This document shows positions 6,799 to 14,640 of a stretch of DNA of 28,139 nucleotides, piece after piece. Location: positions 1 to 28,139 of IMG/VR virus record IMGVR_UViG_3300005805_000356; one strand, 5' to 3'. How positions within the stretch are numbered: the first letter of the stretch is position 1; every line of letters begins with the position of its first letter. The DNA comes from a virus. Lineage: Duplodnaviria; Caudoviricetes. The position numbers and the translations under genes are program-made. The notes under the pieces are model-generated. The model was not told where the DNA came from and did no database searches. It saw nothing but the letters and a program-made list of their open reading frames with translations.

Positions 6799-7670
6799 TA
6801 CTCAAGTTCCTTTCGCACCGCCTCGACGATCCCGCCGACGCGTTTAACTGGCGTTGATTCTGCATCGATAATGTCATCAGCAACATCAGCGGATAACGCT
6901 CGAACTGCTTCGGTGTCATCGATCACGCACCACCCGCGACTGATCGCGTAGTGCATCGCTGTTTTCATCGCCATCTCAACGAACCATTTATGCCAAGGAT
7001 CGGAGTCTTTCGCGTATTCGTTTTGTTCCGCAAACTTGTAACCGTCTGAACCTTGTCGCCGCTCCAAAATGAGTTTTTTAGCAACCCATCCAGTCGCAAC
7101 AACCGCGCCATTGTTCATTCGCTTGACCTGCACCAACACGCCCCGCAATTCATCCTCTCGCATCGGTGGATTATCGATGTCGATTGACTTGACCTTGACC
7201 TCCCCGCTGTCAGACACTTCGATCTCGTCGCTGTAACTGATCGGTATAGCGAGCATGTGCAATCCAGCACGATTCGCCAACGCGTTGATACCGCGATGAC
7301 TTAGCATGTACTGCAATTGCGGTTGCTCTCCCTTTCGAGGTCTGCGAGGTATCGCATACGCTAGGCTTGCCGCTCCGGTGGATGGCATGATACCCGTTAG
7401 GGCACTCGTTGCAACCACCCTAGCAACGCTCTCCGGCGTGCAGTCGAAAAAGTCGTCCGGTTTTCTGGCTGACGACGCCGACGCTGCCAATGCCACGCTA
7501 AGCCGCCCTGCCGCCTCTCTTGCTTTGTCATCACCCACCCAGCTCGACAAAAGGCTTCCCGCTGTCTGGTAAACCTGCATCCGAAACTTCTGGGCCGGGC
7601 TTTGTCGCTTTGCGATTTCCTTCGGTGGCTCAACCACCGTTGCTTCAATCTGATCTGTCTTCTCGCTCAT
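6798..7670 (-). CDS. recT: RecT-family single-strand annealing recombinase
   Basis: CTPESV...GIMP...AYAIP...SHRGINALANRAG...PWHKWFVEMAMKT pattern; lies near a RecE-like nuclease. Confidence 0.85.
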   Translation of the reverse strand: MSEKTDQIEATVVEPPKEIAKRQSPAQKFRMQVYQTAGSLLSSWVGDDKAREAAGRLSVALAASASSARKPDDFFDCTPESVARVVATSALTGIMPSTGAASLAYAIPRRPRKGEQPQLQYMLSHRGINALANRAGLHMLAIPISYSDEIEVSDSGEVKVKSIDIDNPPMREDELRGVLVQVKRMNNGAVVATGWVAKKLILERRQGSDGYKFAEQNEYAKDSDPWHKWFVEMAMKTAMHYAISRGWCVIDDTEAVRALSADVADDIIDAESTPVKRVGGIVEAVRKELE

Positions 7671-8293
7671 TATCGCCTCCTAAATGGTAAACTTCTATCC
7701 TGATACCAATCAAAACTCACTAAACAATCTTTTTAGGCATCTCAAGATCGCCCGCCACAAGCTCTCTTCGCTCAAACACTGAGTCAGCCTTGTAACCTCG
7801 ATACTTGCAACACATATCCACAATCAACGGGAGAACCTCCCTCAACCTAGTGTTCCAATCTAGGTTGCCAGCATCAACAGAACTTGACGCAAGCACCTGC
7901 GAAACCTCAACCAGAAACTCCTTTTCGCTTTCCGCTTTCGACGAAATCGCAAATCGTCTGGACTCATAGTCCTCAAAAAGCTCTACGTTTGATTTTACTG
8001 ACGTTGTTTTTTTACTCACTGTTTCACGCTCTTTCATTATCTTATAACATGGAGTTGATTTATCGTGACGATTTCGCTTCATGCGTCCAACGATTGCAAA
8101 ATCGTCTGAAACTGCTGGACGAACCATCCAGTTATCAAATGATCTCGACTTGGCGTATTCTTCGGCTAACTTTTCATCTTCCCATACGCACAACTTCTGA
8201 TCTGCTGTGCGACAAAGATGGCCAGCTTGAGTTGCCGCCCTGCCATTCTTCGATAGCACAAACAGCTCGCTCATTATCGCCTCCTGAATGGTA
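7662..8293. repeat. 28-nt direct repeats flanking an inserted gene
   Basis: ctcgctcattatcgcctcct(a/g)aatggta at 7662-7689 and 8266-8293, 27/28 identical. Confidence 0.9.
7720..8274 (-). CDS. Hypothetical protein (184 aa), moron-like insertion between recE and recT
   Basis: AGGAGG RBS and ATG 8274 (TAATG overlap). AT-richer than its neighbours and flanked by direct repeats. Confidence 0.75.
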   Translation of the reverse strand: MSELFVLSKNGRAATQAGHLCRTADQKLCVWEDEKLAEEYAKSRSFDNWMVRPAVSDDFAIVGRMKRNRHDKSTPCYKIMKERETVSKKTTSVKSNVELFEDYESRRFAISSKAESEKEFLVEVSQVLASSSVDAGNLDWNTRLREVLPLIVDMCCKYRGYKADSVFERRELVAGDLEMPKKIV

Positions 8294-9080
8294 GTGCCAG
8301 TTCGTACTCTCCGACTTGCCACTCAGCAAGCCAATCGTTTTCTTCCGTCCGCCGCCGGTACTCTGCAATCAATGCATGGTACTCGTCCCGCCCTCTATCG
8401 AGGTCTTCCTCCGTCAGTTTGTACACCGCCACTTCATACGGTTCCTTCTTCGACACAACGCCGAAGAGGAATCGAAACGGCTTGCTGTACATGGCCTCCA
8501 AGGTGTCAAGGTAAATTGCCGCTTGCCGATGATAACCGAAGTCCATTGCAGAGTAAGACCACTTGAAGGGGCTTGCGTCTTGCGTTGTCTTTAGGTCAAG
8601 AATGACCGACTCTCCAACGATGACGCAATCCGGCTTGCACTTAAGACTAGTAGTCCATCCGTCGTCATGACGCCACGTCATTGAGTACGGTCGCTCGAAG
8701 TCGCAATCGTGCCCCATCAAGTCGGCTATCGTAGCGTGCGATTGGAACGCCGTCGCAATCTTCTTAACTTCGTCATATTCGTCCCGCATGATCCACTTAG
8801 ACGTAGGGTCGATGGTAGTCAGCCACTCCTCGAACGCTTTGGTATCACGCCCGTAGCACTTACCCGTCTTGGGATTGATCGGCCCGTCGTGGATGTCGTA
8901 TTCCTGCTCAAACCGATGCGGCTCAAGTGCGAGCATGTGTACCGCTGAACCCAATGCCATCGCTTCGGTTTCCTCCCCCTTCATCGTCTTTGCGATGAAT
9001 TGAGCGTGAAAACTCTGCGGACTCTTTGCAAGCACTGAGAGCGAACTGTTGCTCAATGCGTCGATGTCGTAGTAGTTCAC
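8274..9080 (-). CDS. RecE/ExoVIII-like PD-(D/E)xK exonuclease (DUF3799-like)
   Basis: LSNSSL, MALGSAVHMLALEP, LKCKPDC, ILDLKTT and YHRQAAIY motifs. Confidence 0.88.
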   Translation of the reverse strand: MNYYDIDALSNSSLSVLAKSPQSFHAQFIAKTMKGEETEAMALGSAVHMLALEPHRFEQEYDIHDGPINPKTGKCYGRDTKAFEEWLTTIDPTSKWIMRDEYDEVKKIATAFQSHATIADLMGHDCDFERPYSMTWRHDDGWTTSLKCKPDCVIVGESVILDLKTTQDASPFKWSYSAMDFGYHRQAAIYLDTLEAMYSKPFRFLFGVVSKKEPYEVAVYKLTEEDLDRGRDEYHALIAEYRRRTEENDWLAEWQVGEYELALPFRRR

Positions 9081-9370
9081 TTTGCACCGTCGCTTTCTGC
9101 TGTCTCCGCAGTCGGAACCGCATCAAACTCCCTGTTTATTTTAGGAGCGAACATCCACGGATCACCATCGATAGACCTTATGTATCCGTATGTTTCGCCA
9201 CCTCCGCAACTCTTGTTTGTGACCTTAATAACGCCATGAAAAAACATCACGTTTTCTTCCGCATCGCTTGCGGCTTGATTGAGACACTTAATCAAGCTAG
9301 CTAGCGATGTTAAATCATGTTCATCGAGACTAAAAGTAAACAAGCCTTCGTTTTTTACTTCCTCTATCAT
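9077..9370 (-). CDS. Hypothetical protein (97 aa)
   Basis: GGAGGTG RBS before ATG 9370; GTGA overlap with the exonuclease. Confidence 0.65.
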   Translation of the reverse strand: MIEEVKNEGLFTFSLDEHDLTSLASLIKCLNQAASDAEENVMFFHGVIKVTNKSCGGGETYGYIRSIDGDPWMFAPKINREFDAVPTAETAESDGAK

Positions 9371-9371
9371 C

Positions 9372-9461
9372 CTACTCACCTCCCATTAAAACCCAAAGAA
9401 CCACAACCACCACGCCTAGCACCGTGCTAAGCTCGAAAAGGTCAGACAGTAAGTAACTCAT
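9372..9461 (-). CDS. Small membrane peptide (29 aa, not in ORF track)
   Basis: MSYLLSDLFELSTVLGVVVVVLWVLMGGE. ATGA overlap with the upstream stop; fills the intergenic gap exactly. Confidence 0.55.
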   Translation of the reverse strand: MSYLLSDLFELSTVLGVVVVVLWVLMGGE

Positions 9462-9697
9462 TCGCAGTCCTTCACGCCGGACGCCTCTTCCATCGTAGTC
9501 ACTGGCACCATGCCGTTGCCGGGCTTGAACCTGACTACAAGTCGTTGCGAGAAAGGATCGTAAACGCAGGTCTGCAAGATAAACACCATGCCATTTTGGG
9601 CAATGATGCCTAACGCATCCCTACCGCTCAGCCCCTCTACAACAGCATCAATCGGAAATGATCCTATCTGCCGAGTTTGAAAGTATTCTTTTTTCAT
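9458..9697 (-). CDS. Hypothetical protein (79 aa)
   Basis: ORF in a tightly packed operon. Confidence 0.65.
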   Translation of the reverse strand: MKKEYFQTRQIGSFPIDAVVEGLSGRDALGIIAQNGMVFILQTCVYDPFSQRLVVRFKPGNGMVPVTTMEEASGVKDCE

Positions 9698-9701
9698 TTG
9701 C

Positions 9702-9806
9702 CTACTCGCAATCGTCGCAATGCGTTACACCGGCAAGCAGTACTCCCGCCACGCCAGCCGCGAAACCTATGACAAGACAGCCGAGAATAATCAGCGTGAG
9801 AACCAT
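9702..9806 (-). CDS. Small membrane peptide with C-terminal CxxC (34 aa, not in ORF track)
   Basis: MVLTLIILGCLVIGFAAGVAGVLLAGVTHCDDCE. TAATG overlap and GGGAG RBS. Confidence 0.6.
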   Translation of the reverse strand: MVLTLIILGCLVIGFAAGVAGVLLAGVTHCDDCE

Positions 9807-10159
9807 TATTTGATTTCTCCCTTCGCCTTGAGTTGCTTAATTTCTTCACCCGCTCGCAGTTCCCACGCCTTGTGAGTTCTGACGCCTTGATAATGCTTTG
9901 ACATAAACCGGCCAATCTCCGAAGCTGTCAGCCCACTCTTCGCAAGCTCGCAAATCTTCGCAACGTGTGCAGGATCGAACAGCCTCCGAGTGTGGGTCTT
10001 GCGATTGCGTGCAGTAGGTATTGCCGCCACCTTCGGGGCCGATGGAGCCATTGCGGTAGCAATCGGCGTTCGCTCCATCCAGTCGTCCACAATCATCGCC
10101 TGTTGTTCATACGTCAACGCCAAAAAAGCATCTCGCACTTTAAAAACGCTCATCATCAA
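9806..10159 (-). CDS. Hypothetical protein with C-terminal HTH-like motif
   Basis: FDPAHVAKICELAKSGLTASEIGRFM resembles a helix-turn-helix. Confidence 0.6.
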   Translation of the reverse strand: MMMSVFKVRDAFLALTYEQQAMIVDDWMERTPIATAMAPSAPKVAAIPTARNRKTHTRRLFDPAHVAKICELAKSGLTASEIGRFMSKHYQGVRTHKAWELRAGEEIKQLKAKGEIK

Positions 10160-10359
10160 ACCTCCAAAAAATTGATGTCATCAAACTCGAAACCGTCAAA
10201 AAACAAATCCTTGTATTTGATTTCGACAAACGTCGTCATCTCTCCCGCCGTCATCCCTTTCGGGATCCCGGCCCTGATTGTTCGCGTCGATTGGATGATC
10301 TCATCACCGTTGCGGATGCGTCGCACGAAGTACAGTTCAACCGGCTGATAAAGAATCAT
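10156..10359 (-). CDS. Hypothetical protein (67 aa)
   Basis: ATGA overlaps at both ends; GAGG RBS. Confidence 0.65.
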   Translation of the reverse strand: MILYQPVELYFVRRIRNGDEIIQSTRTIRAGIPKGMTAGEMTTFVEIKYKDLFFDGFEFDDINFLEV

Positions 10360-10556
10360 CGCTCACCTCGCCGGATGCGTTCGCCTAGTTCCGCTTTCAA
10401 CTGCTTAAGACTCACGCCAAGAACCTTCGCTGCTCTCGCTAGGCAAGCCTCACCGACAAATTCACTGAGCGTCACGCCCTCCAGAGATGCAGCTTTGCGG
10501 ATTGCCTCAACCCATGCGGATGGCTGCGTTGTGTCTAATCTTGCTGTGTCGCTCAT
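10356..10556 (-). CDS. Ribbon-helix-helix-like DNA-binding protein (66 aa)
   Basis: RLDTTQPSAWVEAIRKAASLEGVTLSEFVGEAC fits the RHH (DUF1778/HicB-like) pattern. Start ATG 10556. Confidence 0.65.
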   Translation of the reverse strand: MSDTARLDTTQPSAWVEAIRKAASLEGVTLSEFVGEACLARAAKVLGVSLKQLKAELGERIRRGER

Positions 10557-10975
10557 TCCGTCACCTCCACGCCGAAGGGAGTTCCATCGTCGAAAGCGAA
10601 ACACTCAAACGCTTCGCCGTATGTCATCCAACCCTCCCAGATGCAAACTCCACTCTTGCTGCATCCGGTAATGCTTCGCAATCCACCAGTATCACCCTCA
10701 TCAAGAAGTCCGCCGCTATTGTCCTCACTGACAACCTTTACCCATCGATCCCGATGCGGCTTGAACTCCTCCCCATTCGCAAACGGTCGATACTTCTTCG
10801 GCTTTTCGATCTTGCGGATGATGCAATAAACAAGATTAGATTGGCAGCTTTGCGTCCACATTTGAGGCTCGCCATCCCGACCAAGGTACCAATCTGACGG
10901 CTTTGCGTGTCGCACCGCCACCAACTCCCACCCTTCCGGCACGCCGGGAACGCCTTTGAAACCTTGCTCACTCAT
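10553..10975 (-). CDS. Hypothetical phage protein (140 aa)
   Basis: VPEGWE, YRPFANGEEF and FDDGTPFG motifs; operon packing. Confidence 0.7.
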   Translation of the reverse strand: MSEQGFKGVPGVPEGWELVAVRHAKPSDWYLGRDGEPQMWTQSCQSNLVYCIIRKIEKPKKYRPFANGEEFKPHRDRWVKVVSEDNSGGLLDEGDTGGLRSITGCSKSGVCIWEGWMTYGEAFECFAFDDGTPFGVEVTE

Positions 10976-11198
10976 TGACAAACCCTTTCTTCTTCTGCTC
11001 CAGGTAAATCACAAAATTATGCAGGTCATGCGAGACGCGACTGAGCGTCAAGCAAACTTCGATCATCTTTCCCAAGTGGGCATGCGTCACACGGTCAACC
11101 TCCGGTGCTGGCATCGCCTCGATCTTCTCCGCGATTGCGTCTAGGAGCATTAAAGCGGTGTCGACTTGCGCCGCGTAGTTTTTGGTTACGTCGATCAT
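10968..11198 (-). CDS. Hypothetical protein (76 aa)
   Basis: AGGAGG RBS; TAATG overlap at 11198. Confidence 0.7.
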   Translation of the reverse strand: MIDVTKNYAAQVDTALMLLDAIAEKIEAMPAPEVDRVTHAHLGKMIEVCLTLSRVSHDLHNFVIYLEQKKKGFVNE

Positions 11199-11416
11199 TA
11201 GGCCATCGCCTCCTTGTTGATGTAGTACCGCGTTCCGTCCTGATCCTCGATCCAGCCCCACGCACCATCCGCGATTGCCTCATCGGGCAGCATGCCTTCG
11301 AGCATGTGTTTCGCTTCCGTGAAGTCCCTTGCGATTGCGATGCCTTGGCATGAGTCCGTTTTGTACTGGTACTCGCAAACAACATCGGGGACGACTGAAT
11401 AATCTACTTGCGGCAT
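11198..11416 (-). CDS. Hypothetical protein (72 aa), first gene after the ribozyme
   Basis: GGAGG at 11425-11429, ATG 11416. Confidence 0.7.
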   Translation of the reverse strand: MPQVDYSVVPDVVCEYQYKTDSCQGIAIARDFTEAKHMLEGMLPDEAIADGAWGWIEDQDGTRYYINKEAMA

Positions 11417-11446
11417 AATTAGAACCTCCAAGAAAAAAGAAACTCA

Positions 11447-11495
11447 AACCCAGACGCCCTAGGGCGTTTCGGCCTTCCGGCCTCATCAGTGGGTT
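11447..11495 (-). ncRNA. Type I hammerhead ribozyme
   Basis: AACCCA-CUGAUGA-GGCC(GGAA)GGCC-GAA-ACGCCC(UA)GGGCGU-C-UGGGUU. Full catalytic core and three stems, with GUC cleavage predicted between 11453 and 11452. Confidence 0.93.
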
Positions 11496-11656
11496 GTGTC
11501 GCTCATTAGCTTCGCAAACTCTTCTAGTTTCTGCTCGTCTGTCAAGATATCCACTGCCTTCTGAGCTGCTTTCGTGAACTTGTCAAACTCTTTTTGCTGC
11601 TCTTTGCTCAAAGGCTTGGAATCGCCATTGAACAAACTTGCGTAGATCGCTGCCAT
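11486..11656 (-). CDS. Small hypothetical protein (56 aa, not in ORF track)
   Basis: MAAIYASLFNGDSKPLSKEQQKEFDKFTKAAQKAVDILTDEQKLEEFAKLMSDTTH. AAGGG RBS, first ORF after the promoter, and its stop codon lies in the ribozyme core. Confidence 0.65.
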   Translation of the reverse strand: MAAIYASLFNGDSKPLSKEQQKEFDKFTKAAQKAVDILTDEQKLEEFAKLMSDTTH

Positions 11657-11709
11657 TTGCTTAACCCTTTATTTTTGAAACTTGCCAGCAACCCGCTGGC
11701 GACGTAATA

Positions 11710-11738
11710 AGATTATCGACCGTTCGTCCCGAATGCAA
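11710..11738 (-). promoter_or_regulatory. Sigma70-like early promoter
   Basis: TTGCAT (11733-38)-N17-TAATCT (11710-15). AT-rich upstream tract and a leader hairpin GCCAGC-GGGUU-GCUGGC at 11684-11700. Confidence 0.6.
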
Positions 11739-11808
11739 GACTACTAAGTTTAAAAATTCCAAGTTTTCAGGAAAATCGACGTTTCGCCAACGAAAACACT
11801 GGGAAAAA

Positions 11809-12120
11809 TTATTTCTGAGAAACGATTTTTTCGTAGACGTTGTAGCATTCGGCATAGTAGCAACCAAAAATTGGCCCGTGTGCTTCGGTGTTTTCCCACT
11901 CGATGTACGAGAGAGCATGGGCGAATTCGTGGCACAGGGAATCTAACTGCACTTGCAAGGGATCTGTCGATTTAATGCGAAGTAGGAAGTGGTCATCCTT
12001 CCGGTCAAGCTGGGCACAATTACCGCCGGGCACGATCTTAACGCGTCTCACGCTTATCGGCATGAGTGGGTACTTTGCTTTCAGTGCATCCCTTAGTTCG
12101 CAAAATAGGTCTTTTGACAT
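11809..12120 (-). CDS. Small HExxH zinc metallopeptidase-like protein (SprT/ImmA-like)
   Basis: LCHEFAHAL followed by AHGPIF, a third His ligand as in SprT-like proteins. Confidence 0.7.
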   Translation of the reverse strand: MSKDLFCELRDALKAKYPLMPISVRRVKIVPGGNCAQLDRKDDHFLLRIKSTDPLQVQLDSLCHEFAHALSYIEWENTEAHGPIFGCYYAECYNVYEKIVSQK

Positions 12121-12124
12121 AATG

Positions 12125-12997
12125 CTACTTCGCTCGCATGTGATCGAAGAGGATCTTGTGATTCTTCCCGTCCCAATGGAATCGCAACCAGTGCGAACCC
12201 ATCGCTTTTGGGCCTAGCATGCGCTCTACTTCCCAACCGTGATCGCCATCGCCCCACGCATCCTTGTAACCTGGGCACCTGATATGGAGTTGCTCATCCT
12301 GATATACCGTGCCCCTTGAGCTAATGCGCTGCCTCGGAATTGTAACCGCCCATTCGTCGTGAGTGTGGCCCGTCAGGACAATCTCCGGGTCTGGCGTCAT
12401 AACCGCGATCCGATTCGTCTGGATCGTGCCCCGCGTTACCGGCCCTCCTCCTCCGGTGCCGTGGTAGTGATATAGCTTGATCGTGTCTTTGATATTTGCA
12501 ATTGCCGCTGAAGTGCAGAAGCGAAACAACACCCAGCCACCGTAACCGCTCGCCTCCGTGATGCCTCCATTCGTTCGCAGTCGCCCCGCTAATCGATCCG
12601 TCAAGTCGGTTTCGTGTGCTTTGGTAATTGCTGTTTCGTGATTGCCGCGTCCCATAACCGCAAAGATGTGCTTGTACGGCTCATAAAACTTGTACGCTGT
12701 GTCAACCAACAAGTCAAAGTAGTTGCTGCCCTGGTGCTCCGGGCGCAATGCCGACTTATCCGCTCGCTTATCCCATCGCCCTTGCATCGCACAAAATAGA
12801 TCGCCGTTATCGATGATCGGAGCATTCGCCTCTAGTGCTTCGTCGAGGTGCTTTCGCTCTAGTGACTGATCGCACTTAGGATTGTCGTGGTGCACGTCTG
12901 ATCGAAGCAGAACCCATTGCTCCCAATCTTTGTTCTTGGTAAGCGGAATGTTTATCTCAACGACGTTCCTCTGTAGTTTGCTCATCGTCCAGCCCAT
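12125..12997 (-). CDS. Calcineurin-like metallophosphoesterase
   Basis: SDVH, NGDLF, GNHE, HYHG and GHTH motifs. Start ATG 12997, 7 nt after GGAGG. Confidence 0.88.
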   Translation of the reverse strand: MGWTMSKLQRNVVEINIPLTKNKDWEQWVLLRSDVHHDNPKCDQSLERKHLDEALEANAPIIDNGDLFCAMQGRWDKRADKSALRPEHQGSNYFDLLVDTAYKFYEPYKHIFAVMGRGNHETAITKAHETDLTDRLAGRLRTNGGITEASGYGGWVLFRFCTSAAIANIKDTIKLYHYHGTGGGGPVTRGTIQTNRIAVMTPDPEIVLTGHTHDEWAVTIPRQRISSRGTVYQDEQLHIRCPGYKDAWGDGDHGWEVERMLGPKAMGSHWLRFHWDGKNHKILFDHMRAK

Positions 12998-13388
12998 ATT
13001 CACGCCTCCAGATTGCTTTTGCTTCCTCGACGGTCAACTCGGATTTGCCGAGTTTGCGATTAACCCAGTTATGCAATTGTACACCCCAAAGCCAATAGGC
13101 ATGCGGGGAGGAGAAGTCGGGGGGGTTGTCGGCTTTGTACTCTGCGTAGTCTTTTCGACAAGAGCACCCGTAATTGGGGATGGTCAACTCCCAGTTCGCA
13201 TGCCAAACGGGATCGCATCCGGTGTAGGTATGCTTTGCTGCCCAAACAATCGGCCCTAGCACTCTAGGCGATGGTCGATCAATTGTTGGCATCGACGACG
13301 CCATCAACTCCATCACTTTTGGCGAAGAGCGAAACGGCATGCTTTGCCGCTCAACAGTTGTTTTCCTAGCACCCGCCGAGTTGCTCAA
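12957..13388 (-). CDS. Erv1/Alr-family FAD-dependent sulfhydryl oxidase-like protein
   Basis: GPIVWAAKH matches GxxxWxxxH; IPNYGCSCRKDY supplies the redox Cys; WGVQLHNWVNRKLGK matches the WxxxxHNxVNxxLGK FAD-binding signature. Start uncertain (TTG 13388, or ATG 13340/13313). Confidence 0.8.
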   Translation of the reverse strand: MSNSAGARKTTVERQSMPFRSSPKVMELMASSMPTIDRPSPRVLGPIVWAAKHTYTGCDPVWHANWELTIPNYGCSCRKDYAEYKADNPPDFSSPHAYWLWGVQLHNWVNRKLGKSELTVEEAKAIWRREYGLDDEQTTEERR

Positions 13389-14640
13389 TTGTTAGCACCC
13401 AAGTGTCGAGAGAGTGACCGAACATAATTTCACCGTCTACGATGTCTGTATCGACCGTCGCCCCTCTGCTTCGGTTCGCTATCGTAGTGCGATAGATTCC
13501 CGAGTCCATTGCATTACGCAAACTGCAAACCTGATCCGTACTACCAACTCCAAGGCACCCTAGCCCAATACTTCCAGTCTGTGGGCAAACAATATCCCTG
13601 TCTGGCTGCGTAGCCGCCGGCCCATCGCATGCCGCAAAGAACAATCCCCAACGCACTGGAGTAAATGAAAATTCACCGCATAAGGACGCCTGCAAAGCCG
13701 GTGCGGGTAGTCTCGGGTCGTCGTCTTCATAAGAGCAATCATCCCATTCCCAGTAAACATCATCGGGAGTTGTACCGCATGTAAACGAGGACACTTCATC
13801 GGACGGAGATAGCGTTACCTGATACGGCCCTGAATCACTACCGCACCCAACTGACTTGCTAAGCGGTATAAACTTCTCACGGGTTATGCCGTAGGTGTAT
13901 TGAGCCAAAACGGATGGTTCCATGTCGGCGAATGGATCGTCATCCTCTGGGCATGGCGGAACCGATATAAAACCTCCCGCGTCAAACGCTGCTTCTGGGT
14001 CGCATCCTGTAGCGGTTGCGTTTGGAAAGTTGCCAGTGTTTTCGTAATCTGCCGAAACATACTCGTCGCTTTCATCGCAACAATCCGAGAATTGAGTTGT
14101 AGGTGTCCGCACTGTCCCCGACACCCTAACCGCGCTGCAACTGTAGCCCTCGTTATCGTAGTAGCGTGCGTAACGCAAGCACACTCGCACCCACACGCCG
14201 CAAACCTCCTCGCCGTCAATCGTCTTCTCTCCGGCCCTTACCGATACTTCGCTGTCAAGGTATTTGTACACCGCAATCGCTCTACTCGATGACTTTAGCA
14301 TCGCCTCAACGCTTCCGTCAAAGACGCTAACCCAGTTTGGGTCGCAACACTTCTCCACTTCAACGTCCATGCCGTCGAAGTAGGAGCCTCGAACCTGCCT
14401 GCATTCGGTATGTAGCTCCCCAGTCGATGCTGACTCGTCAACGCTTGCCGTTCCGCTAATCTGGCAATTGTTTTCCCCGTACGTCGATTGATCGTTTAAT
14501 ACGTCGTAGGTGATTGGGAAAACAAGCGTTGCAGGATGATTGCCGGTTATCGTGAGCGTCGTCGATACCGCGTTATGTATGATGCAATACCCGCCGCATG
14601 GATGAATGCACTTGCAACAAATCTTCCCGATCTTGCTCAT
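13366..14640 (-). CDS. Cysteine-rich acidic putative tail-tip/receptor-binding protein (424 aa)
   Basis: 25 Cys counted, N-terminal CCKC, C-terminal Cys. Last gene of the tail module, with ATGA coupling to the upstream gene. Confidence 0.7.
   Translation of the reverse strand: MSKIGKICCKCIHPCGGYCIIHNAVSTTLTITGNHPATLVFPITYDVLNDQSTYGENNCQISGTASVDESASTGELHTECRQVRGSYFDGMDVEVEKCCDPNWVSVFDGSVEAMLKSSSRAIAVYKYLDSEVSVRAGEKTIDGEEVCGVWVRVCLRYARYYDNEGYSCSAVRVSGTVRTPTTQFSDCCDESDEYVSADYENTGNFPNATATGCDPEAAFDAGGFISVPPCPEDDDPFADMEPSVLAQYTYGITREKFIPLSKSVGCGSDSGPYQVTLSPSDEVSSFTCGTTPDDVYWEWDDCSYEDDDPRLPAPALQASLCGEFSFTPVRWGLFFAACDGPAATQPDRDIVCPQTGSIGLGCLGVGSTDQVCSLRNAMDSGIYRTTIANRSRGATVDTDIVDGEIMFGHSLDTWVLTIEQLGGC

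Noticed and set aside
9694-9915. 73-aa ORF from the track
   Set aside because: Overlaps the HTH-like gene out of frame; the gap is better explained by the coupled 34-aa membrane peptide.
11428-11446. U-rich tract after the hammerhead as an intrinsic terminator
   Set aside because: The U-run is about 10 nt away from the nearest strong hairpin and directly precedes an RBS; more likely a translational enhancer.
11772-11829. Imperfect inverted repeat aaaatcg(acg)tttc / gaaacgatttt
   Set aside because: Needs a 3-nt gap in AT-rich sequence; too weak to call an operator or terminator.
11661-11935. ORFs 11661..11918 and 11750..11935
   Set aside because: They overlap the peptidase gene and the AT-rich promoter region, with no clear RBS or protein-like features.
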